Origin: Candidatus Poribacteria bacterium
GTDB taxonomy: Bacteria > Poribacteria > WGA-4E > PCPOR2b
Direction of reading: 5' to 3'
Assembly (NCBI GenBank): GCA_965198175.1
Contig: OZ240245.1
Span: 3,232,001-3,296,000 of the forward strand
Length of the DNA stretch: 64,000 nt
In this document: one piece after another, positions 1 to 9,693 of the stretch
How the letters are laid out: every line of letters starts with the position of its first letter
Position numbering within the stretch: the first letter of the stretch is position 1
Made by a program: the position numbers and the translations under genes
Notes under the pieces: generated by a model
Database searches by the model: none
Told to the model about the DNA's origin: nothing
Seen by the model: only the letters and a program-made list of their open reading frames with translations

Positions 1-3
1 GAT

Positions 4-678
4 ATGGCGTACGATTCGTCGGGCAACGAGAATCATGGAACAATTAACGGCGCCGAATGGGTAAGCGGTAAGTTCGGTGGCGCATTGAGTTTCGACGGTG
101 CTGATGATTTCGTCGATTGCGGAAATTCTGAACTTTTGCGAATCAGCACTGGTTCCATGGCTGCATGGATAAGCACTAATGTCTCTGATGATAGCGGTTT
201 ATCCGCAGTGACGCTCCCTTATGATGACGGGGATGCGTGGGACGCGCCCTGGCGCAGTTTGGGGTTGGGCTCCTGGCGGGGCTCGTTGCGCTATTGGCTG
301 GCTATTGACGGGGAAAACGCGGAAATGCAACCGGGCGACATCAATACGGAACAATGGTATCATCTGGTGGCGACCTTTGACGGGACAACCCGGAAAGCCT
401 ATCTGGATGGTGAACTCGCCTTTGAAGCGGAAACCCCTGGTCTCATTGTCTACGGCGATCCCCTGCCATCGCTGGTAATTGGAGATCGGAATGTGAACCG
501 CGCAGCGTCGGGCGAACTCATGAACGGTCTCGTTGATGACGTCGGGGTGTTCAATGTTGCGCTGGGCGACGAAGATGTTATGGACATCATGAACAATGGA
601 CTTCAAGGCGTCGTTGCAGTTGAACCATCCGGCAAACTGGCTACCACTTGGGCGACGGTCAAAGGCTATCGTCAGTAG
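4..678 (+). CDS. LamG-like (concanavalin A/jellyroll) domain protein, 5'-truncated by the window edge
   Basis: DSSGNENHG, GKFGGALSFDG, WYHLVATFDG and GLVDDVGVFNVAL motifs; C-terminal AVEPSGKLATTWATVK tail. Confidence 0.85.
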   Translation: MAYDSSGNENHGTINGAEWVSGKFGGALSFDGADDFVDCGNSELLRISTGSMAAWISTNVSDDSGLSAVTLPYDDGDAWDAPWRSLGLGSWRGSLRYWLAIDGENAEMQPGDINTEQWYHLVATFDGTTRKAYLDGELAFEAETPGLIVYGDPLPSLVIGDRNVNRAASGELMNGLVDDVGVFNVALGDEDVMDIMNNGLQGVVAVEPSGKLATTWATVKGYRQ

Positions 679-683
679 CAATT

Positions 684-718
684 TAACCTTCGGAAGGTAT
701 TTCGCCTTCCGAAGGTTA
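684..718. repeat. Palindromic REP-like/terminator hairpin between the LamG genes
   Basis: TAACCTTCGGAAGG-7 nt-CCTTCCGAAGGTTA, a perfect 14-bp inverted repeat whose arms are themselves near-palindromic. Confidence 0.7.
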
Positions 719-748
719 TTCTAGTTTAGGTATGAAAGGTGAGATAGA

Positions 749-1531
749 ATGAGGCGGTTAACTCAAATATGTGCGATCGCACTGATGTTCACAGGCGTCA
801 CCGATGCCAAAATTGACCCCGAAACGGCGGTAGGAGCATGGCTGCTTGATGAGGGCAGCGGCGATAAAGTCGGGGATTCCTCGGGTAACGGGAATGATGG
901 AGAATTCATCGGAAAGCCCAAATGGGTTGACGGTGTGTTCGGCAAAGCGTTACACTTCGACGGTGAGGATGATATGGTCCCGGTAGGTGCGGACGAAGTT
1001 TTGCGCGTGAGTGAAGGAACGATGATGAACTGGATAAATATTCAGACCGCGGATGATATCGGTTTATCTTCGATGACGATTCCTTATGATGATGGACCAG
1101 CATGGGATGCGCCGTGGAGAAGCTTGGGGCTGGGGACATGGCAGGGACAACTCCGTTACTGGATCGCGATCAACGACCAGAATAGAGAGATACAGCCGGG
1201 GAACATTGAGGTGGATCGATGGTACCATGAAGCAATCACCTTTGATGGTGAGACCCGGAAAGCGTACCTAGATGGAGAACTCGCTGAATCCGTCGAGGGC
1301 GCGGGAAAAATTACATATGGAAAGCCGGCGCCAACGGCTGTGATTGGCAGCGCGAGTATCGCGGTACCGAGAGAGCTGTTTAACGGTTATGTGGATGAAG
1401 TCGCGATTTTCAACGTCGCATTGAGCGAAGCGGACATTAACGAGATTATCGACAACGGACTTAAGGGCATCTTGGCGGTCGATCCCAAAGGGAAAGCGAC
1501 CACGACTTGGGCAGCTATCAAAAGCGAATGA
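749..1531 (+). CDS. Secreted LamG-like jellyroll domain protein (paralog of the upstream gene)
   Basis: Signal-peptide-like N-terminus, WLLDEGSG, GVFGKALHFDG and FNGYVDEVAIFN motifs; AVDPKGKATTTWAAIK tail. Confidence 0.88.
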   Translation: MRRLTQICAIALMFTGVTDAKIDPETAVGAWLLDEGSGDKVGDSSGNGNDGEFIGKPKWVDGVFGKALHFDGEDDMVPVGADEVLRVSEGTMMNWINIQTADDIGLSSMTIPYDDGPAWDAPWRSLGLGTWQGQLRYWIAINDQNREIQPGNIEVDRWYHEAITFDGETRKAYLDGELAESVEGAGKITYGKPAPTAVIGSASIAVPRELFNGYVDEVAIFNVALSEADINEIIDNGLKGILAVDPKGKATTTWAAIKSE

Positions 1532-1668
1532 AGTAACCCCAACCAAGGGTTTGCGCCTGTACAAAACGCAGCGCGAGACCCCTGCGGAATTGCTGTGGTA
1601 TAGAGCGGGCTATGGGTGCGTGACATGCGCAAGCGCCTCTTGTGTTTCCGGTTAAGAAATAGTTGAGC

Positions 1669-1700
1669 AGAAACCGAGTTTTGGCAAAAACTCGGTTTCT
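1669..1700. repeat. REP-like inverted repeat
   Basis: AGAAACCGAGTTTT-GGCA-AAAACTCGGTTTCT perfect 14-bp stem. Confidence 0.7.
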
Positions 1701-1725
1701 AAGCGAGTTAGGTGAGAAGGTTGTG

Positions 1726-1760
1726 AAAGCCAGAAAGTGAGTGAACCCTTTCTGGCTTTT
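1726..1760 (+). terminator. Hairpin followed by a T-rich tract, possible intrinsic terminator
   Basis: AAAGCCAGAAAG...CTTTCTGGCTTT then TTGGCTTTT. Confidence 0.45.
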
Positions 1761-1825
1761 TGGCTTTTGAGGTTGAATATTCGCACCCCCTCTATAGTAA
1801 AACCAATAATTATTTATACACTGCG

Positions 1826-1893
1826 GTAGGTTCGGTTTCCTAACCGAACCGGTATTTATCCAGTCCGTAGGTGCGGTTGGAAACCGCACCTAC
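1826..1893. repeat. Pair of GTAG-type REP elements
   Basis: GTAGGTTCGGTTTCCTAACCGAACC (1826-1850) and GTAGGTGCGGTTGGAAACCGCACCTAC (1867-1893): GTAG tetranucleotide followed by a palindrome. Confidence 0.7.
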
Positions 1894-1965
1894 CGAAACA
1901 TGTGTAAATTTGAATGGAATTGACTATAACTCTCTCTTGGCAAGGGGGAGGATTCTGCAATCGTA

Positions 1966-3147
1966 GTGTGGTTGAGCAACGTGAAATGGAGGTTTGCCGT
2001 GCTCTCAAGACAGAGGCTTTGCCATCTCGTAGTAGGCTGCGTTTCACTGATTGGAAGCATCATCTTCCTAGGGGATGTGCACCCGCAAGTACCCCCGACG
2101 CTGAAACTTGCCTTTCAGTCTGACCGCGACGGCAACAAAGAAATCTACCTGATGAATGTGATATTGAGGCAAGCCCAGAAACCGCAGAATCTCACGGTTC
2201 ATCCCGGGGAGGACAGTGCACCAGTTTGGTCGCCCGACGGCAGGCAGATTGCTTTTCTGTCTGAACGGGACGACAACAAGGAGATTTACGCAATGGACGC
2301 AGATGGGGAGAACCAACGCAATTTGACGAACCATCCGTCCGCCGATTTCTCCCCGACGTGGTCGCCCGACGGGCAGAAAATCGCCTTTACGACCAAACGG
2401 GACGGGTTCTTCGAGGAAATCTACACTGTGGATGCGAACGGTGAGAATCCGGTCAACCTTACGAACGAGCCCAAACGCGACTACATGCCGACGTGGTCCC
2501 CGGATGGGGGGAAGATTGCTTTCGTCTCCTTTCGAGAGCTACTTGGAGCGTCGGAGGTCTATGTGATGAATCCCGACGGAAAACAACCGCGTAGGCTGAC
2601 CAATAGCGCGGTGGGCGACATCTTCCCGGATTGGTCTCCGGATAGCCAGAAACTCATCTGGCTCATTACGAACCCCGGCAATATCGCAGTGATGAATGCC
2701 GACGGAGAAAACCCGATAAACCTGTCGGATGACAACAAATCCGAGCGCAGCTTCTGGTCTCCGGATGGCGAGAAGATTGCTCTCTTGACTCAGCGAGACG
2801 GGAATCGCGAGATTTACGTGATGGACGCCGATGGCGCGAATCAGCGCAACCTGTCAAACCACAAGGCGGAGGACACATCTCCAGCGTGGGCACCGGATAG
2901 TCAGACCATCGCCTTTGTCTCAGATCGGGATGGCAACAGAGAGATATACATCGCAGATGCCGCGGGGAAAGGGCTCCTCCGCAACTTAACGAATCACCCT
3001 GCGGACGACTCAAATCCCGCCTGGTCACCCGAGAAATCTCTATCGGTGTCTCCCAGAAGCAAGCGGTCAGTCATGTGGGGCTGGCTCAAGCATTTGAAAC
3101 GGGATGGGGGAGTTGAGACCCTTGAACCAGATGGGCACCAAGACTGA
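1966..3147 (+). CDS. TolB-like/PD40 repeat beta-propeller protein
   Basis: About 7 repeats of P-x-WSPDG-x-x-IAF-x-S-x-RDGN-x-EIY-x-M; N-terminal hydrophobic segment; SVSPRSKRSVMWGWLK tail; start uncertain. Confidence 0.88.
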   Translation: MWLSNVKWRFAVLSRQRLCHLVVGCVSLIGSIIFLGDVHPQVPPTLKLAFQSDRDGNKEIYLMNVILRQAQKPQNLTVHPGEDSAPVWSPDGRQIAFLSERDDNKEIYAMDADGENQRNLTNHPSADFSPTWSPDGQKIAFTTKRDGFFEEIYTVDANGENPVNLTNEPKRDYMPTWSPDGGKIAFVSFRELLGASEVYVMNPDGKQPRRLTNSAVGDIFPDWSPDSQKLIWLITNPGNIAVMNADGENPINLSDDNKSERSFWSPDGEKIALLTQRDGNREIYVMDADGANQRNLSNHKAEDTSPAWAPDSQTIAFVSDRDGNREIYIADAAGKGLLRNLTNHPADDSNPAWSPEKSLSVSPRSKRSVMWGWLKHLKRDGGVETLEPDGHQD

Positions 3148-3269
3148 CAAGATTCAGATGTCAAGGTCGTGCATGTGGAACGGGCATCCCACCGAATTTT
3201 AACAACCCGGAGTTACAACGCGTACAATAATCATTTGGTTACGCGCTTAATTGAGGTAGGCTTTATAAA

Positions 3270-4427
3270 ATGAAACCGATACCTACATTAACACAAACAG
3301 GTTGTTTAAAAAGACAAGACCGTTTCCGCGCACAACTTGCGGCACAGCAGATAGACGCGGCGGCGTTCATGGACTACCGCGATGTTTACTATTTCACAGG
3401 AACGCTGTTATCAGATATATTTCCAGTTTTTATGTTGCTGGAAACAGATGGCGGCTGTTGGGTAGTCGCGCATACCGATGATGGCGCTTCGAGCGTCGAT
3501 GAGTGGTTGGTGTATGAGTGGAACAAAATGGAGACCCTGAATTTTGACCTGATGCACCAATTGAATGTTGTTGTAAAAACACAGCTCCAGGATGTGAAGG
3601 GAAGAATTCACAGGCTTGGAACACACGATGCAAGTGTATCCAGCCTGCTTGGGAAAACACTAGATGAAGCGCTGCAATCGAGGGAATCCACCTCAATTGA
3701 TGGCTTGCTCGCAGAGGTACAGCGGTGCAAAGAGCTCGACGAGTTGGAGCTGATTCGTTGGAGCGTGCAGGTGAATCTCGCGGTCTACGATGCGACGCAA
3801 GCGGCTCTCGCAGAGGGGGTCAATGAGTTAACGGTGCTCGCGGAGGGACAACGCGCCGCCATGCTCAAGGCAGGTGAACGGCTATTTCACGACGGCGACT
3901 ATCAGTGCGGTGAACGTCATGGACCTGCCCGGAATCGGGAAATTAAACGCGGAGAGCTCTACATAATTGATGCGCACACGTGTTGTCGGGGCTACTGGTC
4001 GGATCTGGCGCGAACCTTCGTAGTCGATAGTGAGGCTACAGACCTTCAGCAGTCGATTTTCGACCACATTGCGGCGGTACAACAGTCCGTTCCGTCCCTC
4101 CTCAAACATGGCGCTCGGGGCACGGAGATATGGCGTGTACTCGACGAGCACATTCGGGAACATCCGGCACTTGCTGAGAAGGGCTTAGTTCATCACGCTG
4201 GACACGGCATCGGTATCCGCATGCACGAACCTCCAGATCTCAACCGAGACCGCGAAGGCATCTTACAAGTCGGAGATGTCGTCTGCGTTGAACCCGGAGG
4301 ATATACGCCTGCCGCACAATATGGGGTGCGTATTGAGAACACATACCTCATAACCGAGTCGGGATGCGAGAATCTTTCAGAGTATCCGGCAAACATCGTG
4401 CCCGCCGGACGTTCAACCCCGACCTAA
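3270..4427 (+). CDS. M24 family (Xaa-Pro peptidase/creatinase-like) metallohydrolase
   Basis: IIDAH, YWSDLARTF, GHGIGIRMHEPP, VEPG and GVRIEN metal-ligand motifs. Confidence 0.85.
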   Translation: MKPIPTLTQTGCLKRQDRFRAQLAAQQIDAAAFMDYRDVYYFTGTLLSDIFPVFMLLETDGGCWVVAHTDDGASSVDEWLVYEWNKMETLNFDLMHQLNVVVKTQLQDVKGRIHRLGTHDASVSSLLGKTLDEALQSRESTSIDGLLAEVQRCKELDELELIRWSVQVNLAVYDATQAALAEGVNELTVLAEGQRAAMLKAGERLFHDGDYQCGERHGPARNREIKRGELYIIDAHTCCRGYWSDLARTFVVDSEATDLQQSIFDHIAAVQQSVPSLLKHGARGTEIWRVLDEHIREHPALAEKGLVHHAGHGIGIRMHEPPDLNRDREGILQVGDVVCVEPGGYTPAAQYGVRIENTYLITESGCENLSEYPANIVPAGRSTPT

Positions 4428-4468
4428 GTCCGTTGAGTATCCGTATGAAAGTAACGGAGAACGACTCC

Positions 4469-6565
4469 ATGCCGAATCCGATGTATGATGTACTGAATCC
4501 CCGCTCCGTTGCCGTTATCGGCGCCTCTAGGAATCCCACCAGCTTTAGCTTCACGTATCTGTCCATCATGAAGAACTACGGCTATCAGGGCAGAATTTAC
4601 CCAATCAATCCGAGGGCGGACGTTATTCTCGGTCTGAAGTGCTATCCGACTATCCTTGACGTTCCTGACGAAATCGATTTGGCGGTCGTAATCACCGGTA
4701 GACAAATTGCCGGAACATCTGTTGAAGCGTGCGTCGAAAAGGGTGTCAAGGGCATCGTCCTTCTGACCGGAGGATTTGCTGAACTCGACGCTGAGGGCGA
4801 ATCGATCCAAAACCGGTTCGTCCGTCGGGCTAAGGAAAAAGGGATACGCGTCATCGGTCCGAACACGCTAGGTTTCTATAGCGCGCCGGTCAATTTTGAC
4901 GGCTTGCTGTCGGGTTTCATTCGAAAGGGGAACATCGGCTTGGCAGGACAGAGCGGGAATCTGACGCGATCGCTCGCCTTTCCTGGAATCAGAAGGGGCT
5001 TGGGATTCCGATACATCATCGGCTTGGGAAATCAGGCGGATGTCGAATTTCATGAGATTGTTCGATATTTTCGAGAGGACGAAGGCGTCAAGGTTATCGC
5101 CCTTCATATTGAGGGTATGAAAGACGGTCGAAAGTTTATGGAGGAGGTTTGGGAGGCGACGAAGGTCAAGCCGGTCGTTATTCTGAAGTGCGGGCGCACG
5201 GTGCACGCGTCGCGCGTGATCTCCAGCCATACCGCATCCCTATCGGGCGAGGATGCGATTTATGATTCCGCCTTCAAGCAGTGCGGCGCGATTCGGATTG
5301 AGAACACGATTGAGTTCAGCTCACTCTTGTTGGCGCTCAGCGTTGGAAAATTGCCGAAGGGCGATCGCGTAGGCGTCTTGTCCGAAGGCGGCGGGGACTG
5401 CGCGTTGACCGCGGATGCGTGTGTGCTAAGGAATCTCAAACTTCCTACCTTTCCCACAGAGCAGCAGGAACGTCTCAGAGAGATTGTACCGGAGATTGGG
5501 CAGGTGACGAACCCGGTCGACATGGCGATGTGGCAGAAGATACCCGAAGTCGCAGAAATCATGCTGGACGGAGATGCGATTGATGGATTGCTGATCGTGG
5601 GCGGGTTCGCTGGATGGGACTTTTTGAATCCAGATGTAACACCCGAGGTAAGTGCGTCGGCTCAGAAGATGGTTGAAGTAACATCGAAAGCGGAAAAACC
5701 CGTCCTGATTTATTCATACTATTCCTACGGTGACTCGAAACCAATCGACACCCTTCGACAAAACGGCGTCCCCCTCTTCATGGACCATCACGATGCTGCG
5801 AATGCAATGGCGGGAATGGTTCAATACGTCAAGTACAGGTCGAACCTGTCCGGGCGGCGGTTTGAAAGCGGTATGAACGCACCATACGATTTCCGACACC
5901 ATCAGACAAGACTTCTCTTGGAAAATCGGGCGAATCAGATGCTGGAATCAGCGGGATTGCCCTTTCCCGCGTATCGTGTTGCTGAGACTCGACAGGGAGC
6001 GATCGACGCCGCGGACGAAATTGGTTATCCGGTTGCGCTAAAGATTATCTCCGAAGATGTGATACATAAGTCCGATCTCGGCGGCGTCAAATTAGGGTTA
6101 CATACGCAAGATGAGGTCGGCGATGCGTTCGACGCAGTGGTTTCCAATGTGCGGAAGTTCAGCGAAAACGCCCGGATTTCCGGTGCCTTGGTGAGCGAAA
6201 TGGCGGTCGAAGATGGGATTGAAGTGATTATCGGCGGCTTAAGAGATTCGACCTTCGGACCGACCGTGATGTTTGGGCTCGGCGGTGTCTTCGTGGAGAC
6301 ACTGGCTGATGTCGCTTTCAGAGTTTGCCCGATCGATCGGGTGGACGCAGATGAAATGATTCGTGAGATTAAAGGCTTTCCGCTGCTCAGCGGCGGCAGG
6401 GGGCGAAAACCGGTGGATCTGGCGAGCATCAGCACGGCGCTGCTCACCGTCGCAAGGTTGTTTATCGAAAATCCGCACATCGCACAACTCGACTTAAATC
6501 CGGTTAAGGTTTATCAAAGGGGTTTATCTGTTTTAGACGCACGAGTCATTTTGTACGCGGAATAG
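4469..6565 (+). CDS. ADP-forming acyl-CoA synthetase (acetate-CoA ligase family, alpha-beta fusion)
   Basis: PRSVAVIGAS, GPNTLG, QSGN, SHTASL phospho-His, NPVD, HKSDLGGV and DLNPV ATP-grasp motifs; GGAG RBS before ATG 4469. Confidence 0.9.
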   Translation: MPNPMYDVLNPRSVAVIGASRNPTSFSFTYLSIMKNYGYQGRIYPINPRADVILGLKCYPTILDVPDEIDLAVVITGRQIAGTSVEACVEKGVKGIVLLTGGFAELDAEGESIQNRFVRRAKEKGIRVIGPNTLGFYSAPVNFDGLLSGFIRKGNIGLAGQSGNLTRSLAFPGIRRGLGFRYIIGLGNQADVEFHEIVRYFREDEGVKVIALHIEGMKDGRKFMEEVWEATKVKPVVILKCGRTVHASRVISSHTASLSGEDAIYDSAFKQCGAIRIENTIEFSSLLLALSVGKLPKGDRVGVLSEGGGDCALTADACVLRNLKLPTFPTEQQERLREIVPEIGQVTNPVDMAMWQKIPEVAEIMLDGDAIDGLLIVGGFAGWDFLNPDVTPEVSASAQKMVEVTSKAEKPVLIYSYYSYGDSKPIDTLRQNGVPLFMDHHDAANAMAGMVQYVKYRSNLSGRRFESGMNAPYDFRHHQTRLLLENRANQMLESAGLPFPAYRVAETRQGAIDAADEIGYPVALKIISEDVIHKSDLGGVKLGLHTQDEVGDAFDAVVSNVRKFSENARISGALVSEMAVEDGIEVIIGGLRDSTFGPTVMFGLGGVFVETLADVAFRVCPIDRVDADEMIREIKGFPLLSGGRGRKPVDLASISTALLTVARLFIENPHIAQLDLNPVKVYQRGLSVLDARVILYAE

Positions 6566-6729
6566 CTGACGCTAAGGAAATGTCCGCCGTGTTGGATTCT
6601 TTAACGTCGTGTGCACCTAGCGTCCCCTACCGTTGGTGTAAACTGTCGTTTCAACAGACGTTGCTCCCCCTGAATCCCTTCCGGGAAGCGATTGTTGTGT
6701 GTCACTAACCTCCAAGGCTTATCAGAACG

Positions 6730-8670
6730 ATGAAAACGCCACCCTCGCCGAGAAATGTATCCGTCCGTGCGGTGCTAATCGCGTTAATCCTCACCATTCC
6801 CAACTCCTATTGGCTGATGATTAACTGGGGACCGAGCGGGTATCAGACCGGTCAGAGCTTCCCCACCGTTGTTTCCCTGTATTTCAATGTCATTTTTATC
6901 ATCCTCCTGTTGATTGGCTGGAATCGCCTCGTCCGCTATATCGCTCCGCAGAAGCAACTGAGTGATGCCGAGTTGATGGTCATCTACATACTCCTAGCGG
7001 TGGCGTCGTCGCTTGCGGGGCACGACATGCTCCAGATTTTCTGGCCTCTCATGACCCAATCTATCTGGTATGCGCAGCCTGAGAACGAGTGGGCGAAATT
7101 ATTCCATCATCATATTCCTGATTGGTTGACGATTAAAGAGCGGACAGCGCTCGCCCCGTTTTATCACGGGGAGTCATCGCTTTATATCTGGAAACATCTG
7201 CGGCTTTGGCTCAAGCCCGTCTTTTGGTGGTCTGCGCTGGTTATCGCCCTGACGTGGATGATGCTATGCTTCACGGTGCTCATCCGCCGACAGTGGGCCT
7301 ACCATGAGCGGCTCATCTATCCAATCATCCAGATTCCGCTCCAAATCACCGAACGAAGCGGAGGCGTGTTATTCAAAAACAGGCTCTTTTGGATTGGGTT
7401 CAGCCTTGCGGGGATCATCAACGTAATCAACGGCATCCACTTTCTTGTGCCGGCGGTGCCAAGCGTTGGCGGGATTGGACGCGATCCATTTAATATGGGA
7501 TATGACCTCGGTCAATTCTTTACGGAAAAGCCGTTCAGTGCAATCGGATATACGCCTGTCGCCTTTTATCCCTTTGCCGTGGGCTTGAGTTTCTTTATCC
7601 CCCTGGGGCTTTCGTTTTCCATCTGGTTCTTCTATCTGTTTCACAAGGTAGTTCAGGTTTGGCAAACCACAATGGGACTTGAAAACTTGGTGTCAGCCTT
7701 CGGGCCTCAAGCACAACTGTTCGGCGCCTGGTTTGGGATAGCGATTGCCGCGCTGTGGACAACCCGAAAATTTCTCACTCATCAGATTAGAGACGCCGTT
7801 CGCAGCGGGAACGAAGGGGATGAAGAGGTTCGCATGGTGAGGTGGGCGCTGATGGGGCTAATTGCCTGTGGGAGTTTCGTTCTGCTTTTTTGTCTCAGCG
7901 CCGGAGTTTCGCCAATCTATGTGCTCGTGTATTTCGCGCTTTTCTTTGTCGTAGCGATTGCCATTAGCCGTGTCCGTGCAGAGCTTGGACCGCCCACACA
8001 TGACGCGCTCTGGAATCCTGGCAGCGCCTTGGTCATCTTTTTCGGGACGCGTTCGCTTGGCCCGAAGGCGTTGACGCTATTCACGATGTTTCGCGGGTTT
8101 AACCGATCGTACCGATGCCACCCGATGCCCGTTATGCTCGAAGGGTTCAAAGCGGCTGAGTTGCGGCGAATGTCTCCAAGGGCGATTATCCTTCCGATTC
8201 TGACGGTGACCGTTGTCGGTACCATCTCGTCCGCATGGGCATTCTATTCGCAGGCGTACCGTTACGGCGCCGATGTCTACGGCGAGCACTGGGGTATTGG
8301 CGCCTTCAGTCAGTTGCGCGCTTGGATCGCGACTCCGCAACGGTCGTCGCCTGTGGAAATTACGATAGCGATTCTGTCACTCGCCTTCACCGGGCTCCTC
8401 GCGGTGATGCACCGTCGGTTTCTTTGGTGGCCCTTCCATCCCGCGGGTTATGCAATTGGGATTGGCTACCCGACAATGCACTGGTATTGGTTTTCAATTC
8501 TCATGAGTTGGTGCGTCAAGTTAATCCTATTCCGGATTGGCGGTATTCGCGCCTATCGGAAAGGTGTACCGTTTTTCACCGGACTTGTCGTAGGTGAATT
8601 CATTGGCGGGGCGCTATGGGCTCTGATTGGAATCAGCCTGGAAAAGCCGATGTACCGCTTCATGTTTTAG
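6730..8670 (+). CDS. Polytopic membrane protein, DUF6785/DUF6784 (OPT-related) putative transporter
   Basis: Many TM segments; RRQW-x-x-x-ERL-x-YPI, RVRAELG, WWPFHPAGY and YRK-x-x-PFF-x-GL-x-x-GE motifs. Confidence 0.7.
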   Translation: MKTPPSPRNVSVRAVLIALILTIPNSYWLMINWGPSGYQTGQSFPTVVSLYFNVIFIILLLIGWNRLVRYIAPQKQLSDAELMVIYILLAVASSLAGHDMLQIFWPLMTQSIWYAQPENEWAKLFHHHIPDWLTIKERTALAPFYHGESSLYIWKHLRLWLKPVFWWSALVIALTWMMLCFTVLIRRQWAYHERLIYPIIQIPLQITERSGGVLFKNRLFWIGFSLAGIINVINGIHFLVPAVPSVGGIGRDPFNMGYDLGQFFTEKPFSAIGYTPVAFYPFAVGLSFFIPLGLSFSIWFFYLFHKVVQVWQTTMGLENLVSAFGPQAQLFGAWFGIAIAALWTTRKFLTHQIRDAVRSGNEGDEEVRMVRWALMGLIACGSFVLLFCLSAGVSPIYVLVYFALFFVVAIAISRVRAELGPPTHDALWNPGSALVIFFGTRSLGPKALTLFTMFRGFNRSYRCHPMPVMLEGFKAAELRRMSPRAIILPILTVTVVGTISSAWAFYSQAYRYGADVYGEHWGIGAFSQLRAWIATPQRSSPVEITIAILSLAFTGLLAVMHRRFLWWPFHPAGYAIGIGYPTMHWYWFSILMSWCVKLILFRIGGIRAYRKGVPFFTGLVVGEFIGGALWALIGISLEKPMYRFMF

Positions 8671-8682
8671 TTTTGCTAACGG

Positions 8683-8711
8683 TTGACGTTCCACCCAGGC
8701 TATGCTATAAT
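8683..8711 (+). promoter_or_regulatory. Sigma70-type promoter upstream of the SDR gene
   Basis: TTGACG-17 nt-TATAAT with extended -10 TG. Confidence 0.7.
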
Positions 8712-8820
8712 GCCAATCGGATCGATGACTCAGGGGTCGAATTTGACCTTACAAATGGACTCGGGGAATCCTCTGGTTTCATCGTGAAACAAAGAGTGTA
8801 CTTCAGAGAGGAAATGTGCG

Positions 8821-9612
8821 ATGGCAGATCGATTAAAGGGTAGAGTTGCGTTGGTCACCGGCGGTGGGACGGGTATCGGCAAGGCGATTGCCATTACCTT
8901 TGCCCGCGAGGGGGCGAAAGTGGTTGTGTCGGGTAGGACATCCAGCACTTTGGCTGAGACCGTCAAGCAGATCAGCGATGAGGGAAATGATGCGGTATAC
9001 GTGCAAGGTGATGTCTCCATAGCTGCAGATGCCGAGCGGATGGTTAAGGTTACCGTCGATAAATACGGACAGCTTGATGTGCTGGTCAACAACGCGGGCG
9101 TTCGTGCGAGTATCCTAACCGTTATGGATTTGACGGAAGATGAATGGCAGCGCACCTTTGACATCGATGCGAAGGGTTCATGGCTTTGCTCGAAAGCTGC
9201 GATTCCTGAAATGCGAAAAATCGGCGGCGGCTCCATTATAATGATTTCATCCAATTGCGCCTACGTGGGTCTACGCAAACAGGGCGCCTATAACGCTGCC
9301 AAAGCAGCGCAGGAGCTCTTGATGAAGTGCATGGCACTGGATTTCGCGCCCGACAAGATACGCGTTAATTCGATATGTCCGGCGTGGGTTAGAACGGAGA
9401 TGAATCGCGATCAGTTAGCCGAGATGGAAGCTAACCCGGATAAGGAGTTTCCACCGGGTTACAAGTTCTCCGATGTGGTGGAGTTGCATCCAATCGGGCG
9501 CATTGGTGAACCGGAGGACGTGGCATGGGCTGCGGTCTATTTTGCATCCGACGAATCCTCATGGGCTACTGGATCCTCGCTTGCGCTTGATGGCGGATAT
9601 ACCTGTCAGTAG
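8821..9612 (+). CDS. SDR family NAD(P)-dependent oxidoreductase
   Basis: TGGGTGIG, NNAG, YNAAK (YxxxK) and DGG motifs. Confidence 0.93.
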   Translation: MADRLKGRVALVTGGGTGIGKAIAITFAREGAKVVVSGRTSSTLAETVKQISDEGNDAVYVQGDVSIAADAERMVKVTVDKYGQLDVLVNNAGVRASILTVMDLTEDEWQRTFDIDAKGSWLCSKAAIPEMRKIGGGSIIMISSNCAYVGLRKQGAYNAAKAAQELLMKCMALDFAPDKIRVNSICPAWVRTEMNRDQLAEMEANPDKEFPPGYKFSDVVELHPIGRIGEPEDVAWAAVYFASDESSWATGSSLALDGGYTCQ

Positions 9613-9693
9613 CCCGTAATGAACCACATCGTTACGAGGCAAGTTATTTAAACTAAGCGTAGCTATCGAACGAGAGTAAAGGAGCGTCATTCA

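Noticed and set aside
1518..1889. 123-aa minus-strand ORF
   Set aside because: It runs through REP palindromes and has no coding signature; probably spurious.
2120..3030. Regularly spaced nucleotide repeats as a CRISPR array
   Set aside because: They are degenerate coding repeats of the PD40/TolB propeller.
8730..8790. tRNA-like or riboswitch element in the SDR leader
   Set aside because: Only small hairpins; no cloverleaf, TTCGA arm or known aptamer motif.
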